Below are positions 1-8,535 of a stretch of DNA of 27,169 nucleotides, piece after piece. Source of the DNA: a bacterium (GTDB lineage Bacteria > Zixibacteria > MSB-5A5 > GN15 > FEB-12); the NCBI GenBank assembly GCA_043811375.1, contig JBDRNJ010000001.1, positions 1 to 27,169 on the forward strand, read 5' to 3'. Numbering within the stretch: the stretch's first letter is position 1; each line of letters starts with the position of its first letter. A program made the translations under genes and the position numbers. A model generated the notes under the pieces. That model did no database searches. It was not told the origin of the DNA and was given only the letters and a program-made list of their open reading frames with translations.

Positions 1-111
1 CGCCAGAAGCTCTTTGCCTGGATTGAAACGAAGTATAACCGAACCCGTCGCCACTCGACACTCGGCCAGATAAGTCCTGTTGACTATGAACAAAAATTAT
101 TACATGCTTAG
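1..111 (+). CDS. IS3-family transposase OrfB, C-terminal fragment (partial at window start)
   Basis: Frame 1 reads RQKLFAWIETKYNRTRRHSTLGQISPVDYEQKLLHA*, matching the IS3-family C-terminal YNxxRxHSxLGxxSP motif; TAG at 109-111. Confidence 0.92.
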   Translation, partial: RQKLFAWIETKYNRTRRHSTLGQISPVDYEQKLLHA

Positions 112-141
112 AAAACCGTCCACCAAAACGGGGGAAGATCA
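1..141 (+). mobile_element. Right end of an IS3-family insertion sequence; terminal inverted repeat about 113-141
   Basis: The reverse complement of 113-141 is TGATCTTCCCCCGTTTTGGTGGACGGTTT, an IS3-type terminus (5'-TG...CA-3', resembling the IS3 end TGATCTTACCC...GTGGAC), directly after the transposase stop. Confidence 0.88.
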
Positions 142-294
142 TGTTCCCAGAGAGCCCCTGGCGACCGCGAAACCCGACAATAGCCTGACAAGACCCCACC
201 ACTCCAGAGAGATGTCGGGTTTCTCATTCGTCCGTCTGACGCCGGACTCACTCGGAACGCCGACCTACTGGATCCCAGCTTTCGCTGGGGTAAC
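142..294. repeat. Cluster of REP-like palindromic elements
   Basis: GAAACCCGACA (169-179) is inverted against TGTCGGGTTTC (213-223). Unit 214-268 ends in CCGAC-CTAC (GTAG foot on minus). Hairpin CCCAGC-TTTC-GCTGGG (274-289) lies in a CTGGATCCC...GGTAAC repeat of the widespread type that translates as WIPAFAG. Confidence 0.7.
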
Positions 295-559
295 AGCCCC
301 CCCCGGTTGCTTGCAACACCTGTACTGTACCCCACCCAGAGCCAAAGGCGTCGGGTGGGATTCAAAATCGTAATACCCTCCAATCGTCATCTCTGAGAGC
401 AGGTGGGAACCCAGTCTCTTGTTCACGGAACTGGACCCGTATCGGACGACAGCTCTTGCAGACTTCAATCGGAAAGTTGTTCTGATAACTGCTATATACC
501 CCACATCTAAACAGTAATCCGAAACAGCTTGCCACTACCTCACATTTTCATTTCATTAC

Positions 560-573
560 CTGTCAATTGACAG
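560..573. promoter_or_regulatory. Perfect 14-bp palindrome, candidate operator of the catabolic operon
   Basis: CTGTCAATTGACAG is self-complementary and lies 30 bp upstream of the thiolase ATG (RBS GGAGG at 592-596). Confidence 0.45.
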
Positions 574-603
574 ATGATATGAGATACTAACGGAGGAAAC
601 GGC

Positions 604-1818
604 ATGAAAGAGGCGGCTCCGATGTTTGCCAGAGCCAGAATCCCGTACGGCACTTGGGGCAGCAGTTATTTTCCGGCCTGGCAAATGTCAGCCCTGGCGG
701 AGGTGAATATCGGCCAGTTCGCGGGCGAAGCGATGGCCAGAATTATGGGGCTGCGGAAAGTGCCCATCAGCGCGATTCAGTATCTGATAATCGGATCGAC
801 TATTCCCTGGCATTGGAAATTCTGGACGGCTCCGCTGGTTTCCAGTTACATGGGCTGCCGGATTCCCGGTTATCACATGGAACAAGCCTGCGCCACCGGA
901 CTGCAAGCGGTTGTCTCGGCCGCTGCCGAGGTACAAACCGGGGCCAATGACGTCGTCGGCGTGCTGACATTCGACCGGACCAGTGATTCGCCGGTGGGTG
1001 TATTCCCTGAGCGACGGACTTACCAGAGAACGTTTGCCCTGAGTGATGTCTGGGACAATTTCGGGTTTGATCCTGCTACCGGCGGCGCTATGATTGCCTG
1101 TGCCGGCGTCGCCGCACGCAAGCACAAGAGTGATCGCCGGGAAGTCGACGAACTGGCTTTCTATCGATACGAACAGTATTTCAAAGCCAAAGACTCCGGG
1201 TTTCTGGACCGGGTGCTGGTGCCGCTGGAGGTGCTGAACGTCCAGGGACGATTCCTGGGGAAGATCGATGACGACGCCGGTGTGCGTCAATTGACACGGG
1301 AGGGACTCACGGCGATGTTCGAACTTGACACCTGTGTTACGGCGGGCACTCAGACTCATGCCTCCGACGGCATGGCCACTTTACTGGTTACCGATGAAGC
1401 TCACGCCCGTGAACTCAGTCCCCGACCCGAGATCGACATTCAACTGGTGGCCAAAACCGAAGTGAGGTCTCTGCCCAGTCTTATGCCCGAAGCTCCGGCC
1501 CTGGCCGTCCGGAAACTGCTGGACCGGACCGGCCTGACGATGGCCGATATGGTCGTAGTCAAGAATCATAACCCGTTTGCGGTCAACGACGTCATTTTCG
1601 CCAAAGTGCTCGATTATGACTGGCGGAAAATGAACACCACCGGCTGCCCGCTGGTCTGGGGTCATCCTCAGGGACCAACCCTGACCAGGGTGTTGATTGA
1701 GGCGCTGGAGGAAGCAGTCTCTCTGGGCGGCGGTTATGTGCTGGTATTCGGCTGCGCCGCCGGCGACGTCGGCATTGCCGCCATCCTCAGGGTAGCGGAC
1801 GGAGGTAATCGTAAATGA
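604..1818 (+). CDS. Thiolase family protein (probable 3-oxoacyl/3-oxopimeloyl-CoA thiolase)
   Basis: 404 aa; QACATG nucleophile Cys, TAGTQT..SDG, HNPF in place of NEAF, WGHPQGPT and a C-terminal GCAAGDVG; GGAGG RBS. Confidence 0.9.
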   Translation: MKEAAPMFARARIPYGTWGSSYFPAWQMSALAEVNIGQFAGEAMARIMGLRKVPISAIQYLIIGSTIPWHWKFWTAPLVSSYMGCRIPGYHMEQACATGLQAVVSAAAEVQTGANDVVGVLTFDRTSDSPVGVFPERRTYQRTFALSDVWDNFGFDPATGGAMIACAGVAARKHKSDRREVDELAFYRYEQYFKAKDSGFLDRVLVPLEVLNVQGRFLGKIDDDAGVRQLTREGLTAMFELDTCVTAGTQTHASDGMATLLVTDEAHARELSPRPEIDIQLVAKTEVRSLPSLMPEAPALAVRKLLDRTGLTMADMVVVKNHNPFAVNDVIFAKVLDYDWRKMNTTGCPLVWGHPQGPTLTRVLIEALEEAVSLGGGYVLVFGCAAGDVGIAAILRVADGGNRK

Positions 1819-3902
1819 AATCATTAAGGCAACCAACACTTGAAACGCTGGGGCTGGGTTCGGTTCTTGAGATCTTTCAGCGCGGGCAGTTACCGGTTGC
1901 TGTCGGAAAACTGGTTGACCAAGTCTTTGGTGAGCCGGGCAATCGCGGAGCGATGGTTATTTCCGGTGCCAACGGGATTGTCGGCGCCGGCAAGACGATG
2001 CAACTTGGTTCACGGCTGCTGCCGTATGGTATCCCCATCGCAGGCCTGGATTTCCCCGGCGCTTCCGACGGCATCGGTGGTCAATACCAGGGATTGCGGG
2101 ATTCCTTTGGCCACAAACTCGCCGACGAGATCATGTCCAACGTGATCAGGCTCAACTACGACGGTCAACGCCTGCCGGCACAACTGAAGGGACTCAATCC
2201 CCGTTTCCTTCTGGAAGCGATACCGGAAATCCTTGAAATCAAGAAGGCTCACTACGAAGTCTTCAGAGAAGCCTTCCCTACAATTGAAATCCGTTCGGTC
2301 ACTTCCGGATTCCCCAGCTCTGAACTGGGTGTCGGCATCGCCCACCCGGCTTTCCCTCACCAGATCAACAAGGTTTGGGAAATCGTGGAAAACGAAGCAT
2401 CACCCATCACTCAACTCCTCTGGGCGCTGGGACTGATTCCCATGCCTGTCAGTGATAACTGGTCTTTTGTTTTGGATGTGCTTTTCTGCGGTTTGACGCT
2501 GGCCGGAACACGGTATCATCGAGCCTCCAACATGCCCTACTGGAAAATAGACAAATTCGTCCGGAAACTTATGGGGCCAAACCCTTTCCGTGCCCATGAC
2601 GCTATTGGCGCCAAAGGAGCCAACTACCTGACCTGGTCCTGCCTGCACGATCTGAGTGATAAGTACGGAGCCTTGTTTACACCGACTCCCGAACTCGACG
2701 AGCGCAAAGAAAGCGGACAAAACTGGTATCCGCTGGACCATGCCCGACCACTGGTTGACTGGGCAATGACAGACGAAGACGAGGATAATTTCCAGAGTTG
2801 GATTCTGGGTCCCATGATCCAGATGACCAGCCTGTTGCTTCACGAGAACAGGGCGCACCTGGCCCACATTAACGCCATCGGTGAACTGTGTGCCCAGTTC
2901 CGTCGAGGAACACCGGCCGTAATCCGCCATCTGGGAGCCGACGCTGCTATCAGGAGAGTGGAGTCTTATCACCGGTTGCATCCGGAGGCTGCCGGGTGTG
3001 GTTGGTATCCTGATATTTTCAGCAGGATCAATGAGCAGGAATGGCAGCAGCTATATGTCAACGCGGAGCATGACGGCACTGTGGGTGTAATTTCCATCGG
3101 TCGTGAAAGCTACAACAGTGATGTGGACGCCGAAATCAACCGGGCTATCGACTGGCTCAAGACCGAGAAAATCGAACGGGTAATAGTAACCGGAGATTTT
3201 CACCTGGCCACACAAATGGTCGGTGCCGACACCAGCGAGTTCTTCCCTGCCCTGAAGGAAGAGGAGAAGGGTCGGGAGATTTCCTGTTCCTGGTCACAAA
3301 CGGCCAGACGATTAAACAATGAATTCAATGTTTCAGTTGGTTTTGTAAACGGCAAGCGCTGCTTAGGCGGATTTCTGGAACTGATGGTGCACTGTCATTA
3401 TCTTATCGCCATCGATGATACCGCTCTGGGTATGCCGGAAGTGACGTTGCCGGTTGTCCCCGGTATGGAAGGATGTCATTGGCCGTTCAGAAAGGCTCGC
3501 ACGGAGGACTGGCCGAAACTTCTTAATCTGCTGCTGACCGGGAAACCGGTTAATGGCCGACAAGCAGTCGGCTGGTTGATAGATTATGCCGGATCATTGG
3601 AAGAGTCGTTGCAAACAGCCTGGAAAGTAGCGTTAAACGGCGAACAGGGTCCACTTCCCCTGAGAAAAACGGAAGAGAAAGCACTACCGACGATACCAGC
3701 CGCGAGCGGCCTCCCGGATTCCGGCAACCCGGCTATCGAGGCGGCTCGAAAAGCAATATTTGATTGCATCCGGGAATCATGTGGCTCTCCCCTGTCGGAA
3801 GCTCTCACAGTGCAGGCGAAGCATTCGGCTCGTTTCATGAGTTCCCGCTTCTGTCAGAAAGGTGCCATTGGATCGGAATGTGCCAAGGTCATGAACGTTT
3901 AG
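1815..3902 (+). CDS. 3-hydroxyacyl-CoA dehydrogenase / enoyl-CoA hydratase (crotonase) fusion, dehydrogenase N-terminal
   Basis: N-terminal Rossmann ISGANGIVGAG, LEAIPEILEIKK and SVTSG (HADH-like); C-terminal crotonase motifs GADTSEF, CLGGFLEL and LGMPEVTLPVVPG; ATGA-type overlap with the thiolase end. Confidence 0.8.
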   Translation: MKSLRQPTLETLGLGSVLEIFQRGQLPVAVGKLVDQVFGEPGNRGAMVISGANGIVGAGKTMQLGSRLLPYGIPIAGLDFPGASDGIGGQYQGLRDSFGHKLADEIMSNVIRLNYDGQRLPAQLKGLNPRFLLEAIPEILEIKKAHYEVFREAFPTIEIRSVTSGFPSSELGVGIAHPAFPHQINKVWEIVENEASPITQLLWALGLIPMPVSDNWSFVLDVLFCGLTLAGTRYHRASNMPYWKIDKFVRKLMGPNPFRAHDAIGAKGANYLTWSCLHDLSDKYGALFTPTPELDERKESGQNWYPLDHARPLVDWAMTDEDEDNFQSWILGPMIQMTSLLLHENRAHLAHINAIGELCAQFRRGTPAVIRHLGADAAIRRVESYHRLHPEAAGCGWYPDIFSRINEQEWQQLYVNAEHDGTVGVISIGRESYNSDVDAEINRAIDWLKTEKIERVIVTGDFHLATQMVGADTSEFFPALKEEEKGREISCSWSQTARRLNNEFNVSVGFVNGKRCLGGFLELMVHCHYLIAIDDTALGMPEVTLPVVPGMEGCHWPFRKARTEDWPKLLNLLLTGKPVNGRQAVGWLIDYAGSLEESLQTAWKVALNGEQGPLPLRKTEEKALPTIPAASGLPDSGNPAIEAARKAIFDCIRESCGSPLSEALTVQAKHSARFMSSRFCQKGAIGSECAKVMNV

Positions 3903-4105
3903 GGAGAACACCTGTGCCGTCGATAGAGATCCTGCCCGTTGAGTATTATGGTACAGGCACTACGTCTCAACTATGTGTGTCGTCCCATGAATAACCTGCG
4001 AAATGACCTCCCTATTCTGTGGCGGGGCGATCTTCAGATAATCGTGCATGATAACGTTTTTTCAATTGGGTCTGAAGAAGTTATCTCAAATGGTGATATT
4101 TCCAT

Positions 4106-4182
4106 TCCGCGTAGGGTGGGGGCTTGTCTCCCACCAATAAAAGCGTCGATGTCGGCGGACACAAGACCCACCGCTACGCGGA
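4106..4182. repeat. Inverted pair of GTAG-type REP elements (REPIN-like doublet)
   Basis: GTAGGGTGGGGGCTTGTCTCCCACC (4111-4135) and the inverted related unit GTAGCGGTGGGTCTTGTGTCCGCC (4154-4177, minus); outer IR TCCGCGTAG / CTACGCGGA. Confidence 0.72.
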
Positions 4183-4247
4183 GTCAACAAATCACAATTT
4201 CATATGGCGTTTCTTGTGCGCGACACACGTCCACTTGTGCCGCGTCA

Positions 4248-4273
4248 CCCGGCAGATGTGGATATCTGCCGGG
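4248..4273. repeat. 10-bp perfect-stem hairpin (REP-like)
   Basis: CCCGGCAGAT-GTGGAT-ATCTGCCGGG with no poly-T tail. Confidence 0.6.
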
Positions 4274-4335
4274 CACAGGTTCCATCAACACCCTGCCGGA
4301 CTCATAAAAGGATACAATTGTCTTAGGAGAGAACG

Positions 4336-5580
4336 ATGAGTGAAGAGAAAAAAGCCGTTATCAGGAAGATCCAGGCCACCGGCCAGATGAGAAAGATAAT
4401 GGCTGACTACTTCTATGAGTTGGATGATGCTGCGCGTGACGAATCACAGAAAGTTGCCTGGTGCACCAGTGTCGGTCCGGCTGAACTGTTGCTGAGTCTG
4501 GGATTCAAAGTCTACTATCCGGAGAATCACGGCGCTATGCTGGGAGCCACTCGCATGGCCACCAACCTGATTCCGGTAGCTAATGCCATCGGCTATTCAC
4601 CGGACATCTGTTCATATCTGACCAGTGATATCGGCGCCTTCATCAAGAAAGAGACTCCGCTGTCTCGGGCTTATAAGGGGATTGAAGGACTCCCCCGTCC
4701 CGACGTGCTGGTCTTCAATACCAACCAGTGCCGCGATGTTCAGGACTGGCTCTCCTGGTATTCCCGGGAGTTGCAGGTTCCCATAATGGGAATCTCCACT
4801 TACAACAATATCGGCAAGATCACCGACGATGTCCTGCAGGGTATTGTTCAACAGATCAGGGACCTGATCCCCACACTGGAGAAGATTTCCGGCAACAAAT
4901 TCGATATCGACAAGTTTCGGGAAATCATGGCCCAATCCAAAAAGTGCACCGAATTGTGGAAAAGTGTACTGCATACCAACGTGGCAGTTCCGGCTCCCAT
5001 GAGTTTCTTCGACGCCACCATTCATATGGGTCCGGCGGTCGTTTTGAGAGGTTCGCAGATTGCCATAGACTACTATGAAATGTTGTTGAAGGAACTTAAA
5101 GAAAGGATTGCCGACGGCGTAGGAGCCGTTGAAGGAGAAAAGTTTCGCCTGTACTGGGAAGGTATGCCCATCTGGGGTAAGCTGAGAGACTTGTCCGAAC
5201 TTTTTATCGGGTTTAACACGACAGTTACTGCTTCGACATACTGCAATAGCTGGATATTCGAGGCTTTCGACCCGGCCGATCCATTCCTGAGTATGGCTCG
5301 CGCTTATACGGAAATTTTTATCGTGAGAGATGAAGATTTCAAAGAGAAGTACATCGAGGAAATCATCCGCAAGTTCAAACTGGATGGGATCCTGTTCCAT
5401 GATTGTAAGACCTGCCCCAACAACTCCAATAACAGATACGGTATGCCGGAAAGACTTCAGAAGCGGCTGGGGATTCCCACGCTCACAATCAATGGCGATC
5501 TAAACGACCTGCGCTGTTACTCGGAGGAGCAGGCCAAGACCAACATCGAAGCCTTCATCGAGCAACTGGAGACAAGATAG
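4336..5580 (+). CDS. 2-hydroxyacyl-CoA dehydratase / class I benzoyl-CoA reductase family, alpha (HadB/HgdA/BcrB-like) subunit
   Basis: 414 aa; WCTSVGPAEL, YYPEN, GYSPDICSY, NQCR, RLYWEGMPIW, HDCKTC, GDLND and TNIEAFIE; three Cys placed as [4Fe-4S] ligands; AGGAG RBS. Confidence 0.9.
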   Translation: MSEEKKAVIRKIQATGQMRKIMADYFYELDDAARDESQKVAWCTSVGPAELLLSLGFKVYYPENHGAMLGATRMATNLIPVANAIGYSPDICSYLTSDIGAFIKKETPLSRAYKGIEGLPRPDVLVFNTNQCRDVQDWLSWYSRELQVPIMGISTYNNIGKITDDVLQGIVQQIRDLIPTLEKISGNKFDIDKFREIMAQSKKCTELWKSVLHTNVAVPAPMSFFDATIHMGPAVVLRGSQIAIDYYEMLLKELKERIADGVGAVEGEKFRLYWEGMPIWGKLRDLSELFIGFNTTVTASTYCNSWIFEAFDPADPFLSMARAYTEIFIVRDEDFKEKYIEEIIRKFKLDGILFHDCKTCPNNSNNRYGMPERLQKRLGIPTLTINGDLNDLRCYSEEQAKTNIEAFIEQLETR

Positions 5581-5614
5581 ACAATTCCTACGTTTGAAAC
5601 GGGTAAAAAGGAAC

Positions 5615-6392
5615 GTGACACACTACTTTGCAGGAATTGACATCGGCGCCTCTGCCACCAAGGCGATTATCATAAATGAAGACAGGGATATCCTCGGCTT
5701 CTCGGTGACCAACTCGGGGGGCTGATTTTGAAGCTGCGGCCGACCGTGCCCATGAGAAAGCCCGCGACAGTGCCGGTTGCGAAGGTGTCGACACGTTTCG
5801 TGTCGTAGCGACCGGCTACGGGAGACGCAATGTTCCTTATGCCGTCGACACCAGGACCGAGATCAGTTGTCATGCCGCCGGGAGTTATCACTTTCTTCCC
5901 CGGGCACATACGCTGATAGACATCGGCGGGCAGGACAGCAAGATTATCAAGATTGATGACTCCGGAAAGAGAACCGGCTTCAAGATGAATCGCAAGTGCG
6001 CCGCCGGCACCGGCGCTTTCCTGGAGGAGATGGCCAATCGTCTGAAAATTGAACTGCCGAAACTTAACGGACTGGCGGAGAAGGCGACAAATGATATTCA
6101 GATAGGCAGTTACTGCACCGTCTTTTCCGCAACGGAAATCCTGGCCAGGATAAGAGAAGGTGTTGACGTAACGGATATCATCAAGGGCGTATTCAACTCG
6201 GTGGTAAAGAGAGCTCTTGAAATGGATTCTATGGAGGGAGACGTCGCCATGAGCGGAGGCGTGGTGGCACATAATCCTTTTCTGGTCACGATGTTTGAAA
6301 AAAGGATCGGTAAGAAGATATTCGTGCCCCCCCACCCCCAGTTTACCGGGGCTTTCGGCGCGGCTCTATATTCTCTGGAATGTAAAGACTAA
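5615..6392 (+). pseudogene. Acyl-CoA dehydratase/reductase activase (HgdC/BcrA/BcrD-like ASKHA ATPase), frameshifted at the G6 run 5716-5721
   Basis: GTG at 5615 gives MTHYFAGIDIGASATKA...TNSGG* (TGA 5723-5725). Removing one G restores a 258-aa ORF with VATGYGR, TEISCHA, DIGGQDSK, MNRKCAAGTG, CTVFS, SGGV and GAFGAA. Confidence 0.88.
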
Positions 6393-6402
6393 GGAGGTCT
6401 AA

Positions 6403-8493
6403 ATGCTTGACGGTTTGTTCAAGCCCAGATCGGTGGCAATCATTGGCGCTTCCAATAACCCATTCAGCATCGGCCATATCGTTATTCGGAATCTTGTCGA
6501 TCACAATTTCCGGGGACCTATCTACCCCATCAATCCCAAATCGAAAGTGATCAAAAGCTTCAGGACTTACCCCTCAATCGGCGACGTGCCGGATGACGTT
6601 GACTTGGTGAACATCTCCATCAAGAACAGCCTGGTGCCCACTGTTCTTGAAGACTGCGGCAAGAAGGGCGTGAAGTTTGCCATTGTGCATACGGCCGGGT
6701 TCAAGGAAGTCGGCGAAGAAGGACTCAAACTCGAAAAGCAGATTGTGGAAATCGCCCACAAGTATGGGATGCGAATCTACGGACCCAACTCTCAGGGTAT
6801 TCAGAACTCCGACCCGGAAGTGTCGGTCTACGCCAATTTCACGTTTGTGCCCATGAAACCCGGGAGTATTTCCATAGTGGCCCAGAGCGGCGGCGTGGGC
6901 GAGACACTGAAACTGCAACTGCACCGCGTCGGTATGGGCATCAGGATGTACTCCAGTTTCGGCAACGAGGCCGATGTGAGCATGAATGAAATTATCGACT
7001 ACTTCGGTCAGGATGATGAAACAAAAGTCATCATGACTCATATCGAGACGCTGAAAAACCCCGCCGGTTTCCTCGAGGTAGCCGGTCGGGTGTGCCGGAA
7101 AAAACCGATACTGGCCCTCAAAACGGGCCGGACAAAGGAAGGTGTCAGCGCCGTCGCCTCGCATACCGGTTCCATGATTGAGCAGGATACGCTGGCCGAT
7201 GCCATTTTCAAGAAGAGCGGGGTGCTGCGCTTCTATTCACAGCAGGAGATGATCGAAGCCGCCATTGCCTTCTCGACTCAGCCGATACCGAAATCGGAGA
7301 ATATCGTCATCGTCACCAACACCGGGGGACCGGCTATTATTGCCGTTGACGAATGTGTCTCGGCCGGCCTGAAGCTGGCCGAGTTGAGTCCCCAAACGGG
7401 AAAAGCACTCGGTGAGTTGCTGTTTTCGGAGGCTATCGTCTCCAATCCGGTCGATGTGATAGCCACAGCCGGCGCTAAGGAGTATGGTGGGACGGTGGAC
7501 ATTCTTCTTAAAGACCCCAACATCGACGCCCTCATTCTCAATTTTGTCACCCCTCCTTTTGTCGACTGTGAAGAGGTGGCTCGCAAACTGGCCGAGATAG
7601 GTGCCACTGCCGAGAAACCAATCATCTGTATTATCCTGACTATCGAAGAGAAATTCGGGGAAGTTGTCCGCCTGACTCGCGAGAGCGGTATCCCCGTGTT
7701 CGATTTCCCCGAGGCCGCATCCCGGGCACTTACGGCCATGATCAGATACGGCCAGTTCCTTCAGCGAGAAATTGTTGAGTATAAGGAACCCCAAAGAGAC
7801 AAGAACGCGGCTGAGAAGATCATCGCCCGTTACCGGGGACAGGAGAAGTTTATGTCGCAGGCTGACGTTTTCGAACTCCTGCAATGCTACCAGATACCGA
7901 CCGTGATAACCGTACGGGTCACCAGCCGGGATGAACTCCGGAAAGAGGCTGCGAAACTTCGGTTCCCGCTGGTGCTGAAAGTCGATACTGAAGAGGTTGT
8001 CCACAAGACTGACGCCGGTGGCGTCTGCCTCGACCTGAAAGATGAAGCATCTCTTTTAGCTGCCTATGACGACATGTCTCGTAAGTTCGAGAAACAGAAA
8101 CCCGGCTTTATCGTGCAGGAACATCTGGCCGCCGGCAGGGAAGTCATCATGGGGGCCAAGGGTAATGACGGAATGCAGCCGACCATGATGTTTGGCCTCG
8201 GTGGTGTTTTTGTTGAGGTTTTGAAGGACGTCCAGTTCCGGCTGGCGCCGCTGGCGCAGTCAGAAGCTCTGGAAATGATTCGTTCCATCAAGGGTTACCC
8301 GATCCTGGAGGGTGTCAGAGGAACGAAACCGGCGGACATTGACAAGCTGGCCGATGTTCTGTCGCGGCTGTCTCAACTGTGTTGTGACTTCCCGGAAATC
8401 GACGAGATGGACCTCAATCCCGTATTCGCATTGGAGGCCGGTCATGGCGTGTCGGTTGTCGATGTCCGGCTCAGGACAAGAGACACTCGTTAG
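6403..8493 (+). CDS. Acyl-CoA ligase (ADP-forming), fused alpha-beta (acetate--CoA ligase family)
   Basis: 696 aa; CoA-binding N-terminus (PRSVAIIGAS, AGFKE, GPNSQG), SHTGS phospho-His, NPVD, and ATP-grasp motifs HKTDAGGV, MFGLGG and EMDLNP; no GNAT domain. Confidence 0.92.
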   Translation: MLDGLFKPRSVAIIGASNNPFSIGHIVIRNLVDHNFRGPIYPINPKSKVIKSFRTYPSIGDVPDDVDLVNISIKNSLVPTVLEDCGKKGVKFAIVHTAGFKEVGEEGLKLEKQIVEIAHKYGMRIYGPNSQGIQNSDPEVSVYANFTFVPMKPGSISIVAQSGGVGETLKLQLHRVGMGIRMYSSFGNEADVSMNEIIDYFGQDDETKVIMTHIETLKNPAGFLEVAGRVCRKKPILALKTGRTKEGVSAVASHTGSMIEQDTLADAIFKKSGVLRFYSQQEMIEAAIAFSTQPIPKSENIVIVTNTGGPAIIAVDECVSAGLKLAELSPQTGKALGELLFSEAIVSNPVDVIATAGAKEYGGTVDILLKDPNIDALILNFVTPPFVDCEEVARKLAEIGATAEKPIICIILTIEEKFGEVVRLTRESGIPVFDFPEAASRALTAMIRYGQFLQREIVEYKEPQRDKNAAEKIIARYRGQEKFMSQADVFELLQCYQIPTVITVRVTSRDELRKEAAKLRFPLVLKVDTEEVVHKTDAGGVCLDLKDEASLLAAYDDMSRKFEKQKPGFIVQEHLAAGREVIMGAKGNDGMQPTMMFGLGGVFVEVLKDVQFRLAPLAQSEALEMIRSIKGYPILEGVRGTKPADIDKLADVLSRLSQLCCDFPEIDEMDLNPVFALEAGHGVSVVDVRLRTRDTR

Positions 8494-8535
8494 TCTGATT
8501 GAAGGCTGCTCCGAACCGGAAAACCGGAACTTATC

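Noticed and set aside
80..504. Short ORFs 80-373, 108-383 and 265-504
   Set aside because: They are translations of IS-end and REP sequences (e.g. WIPAFAG / TPAKAGIQ), not credible proteins.
5723..5725. TGA in the activase read as selenocysteine, given yqeB nearby
   Set aside because: The downstream homologous sequence is in a different frame, so readthrough would not restore the protein.
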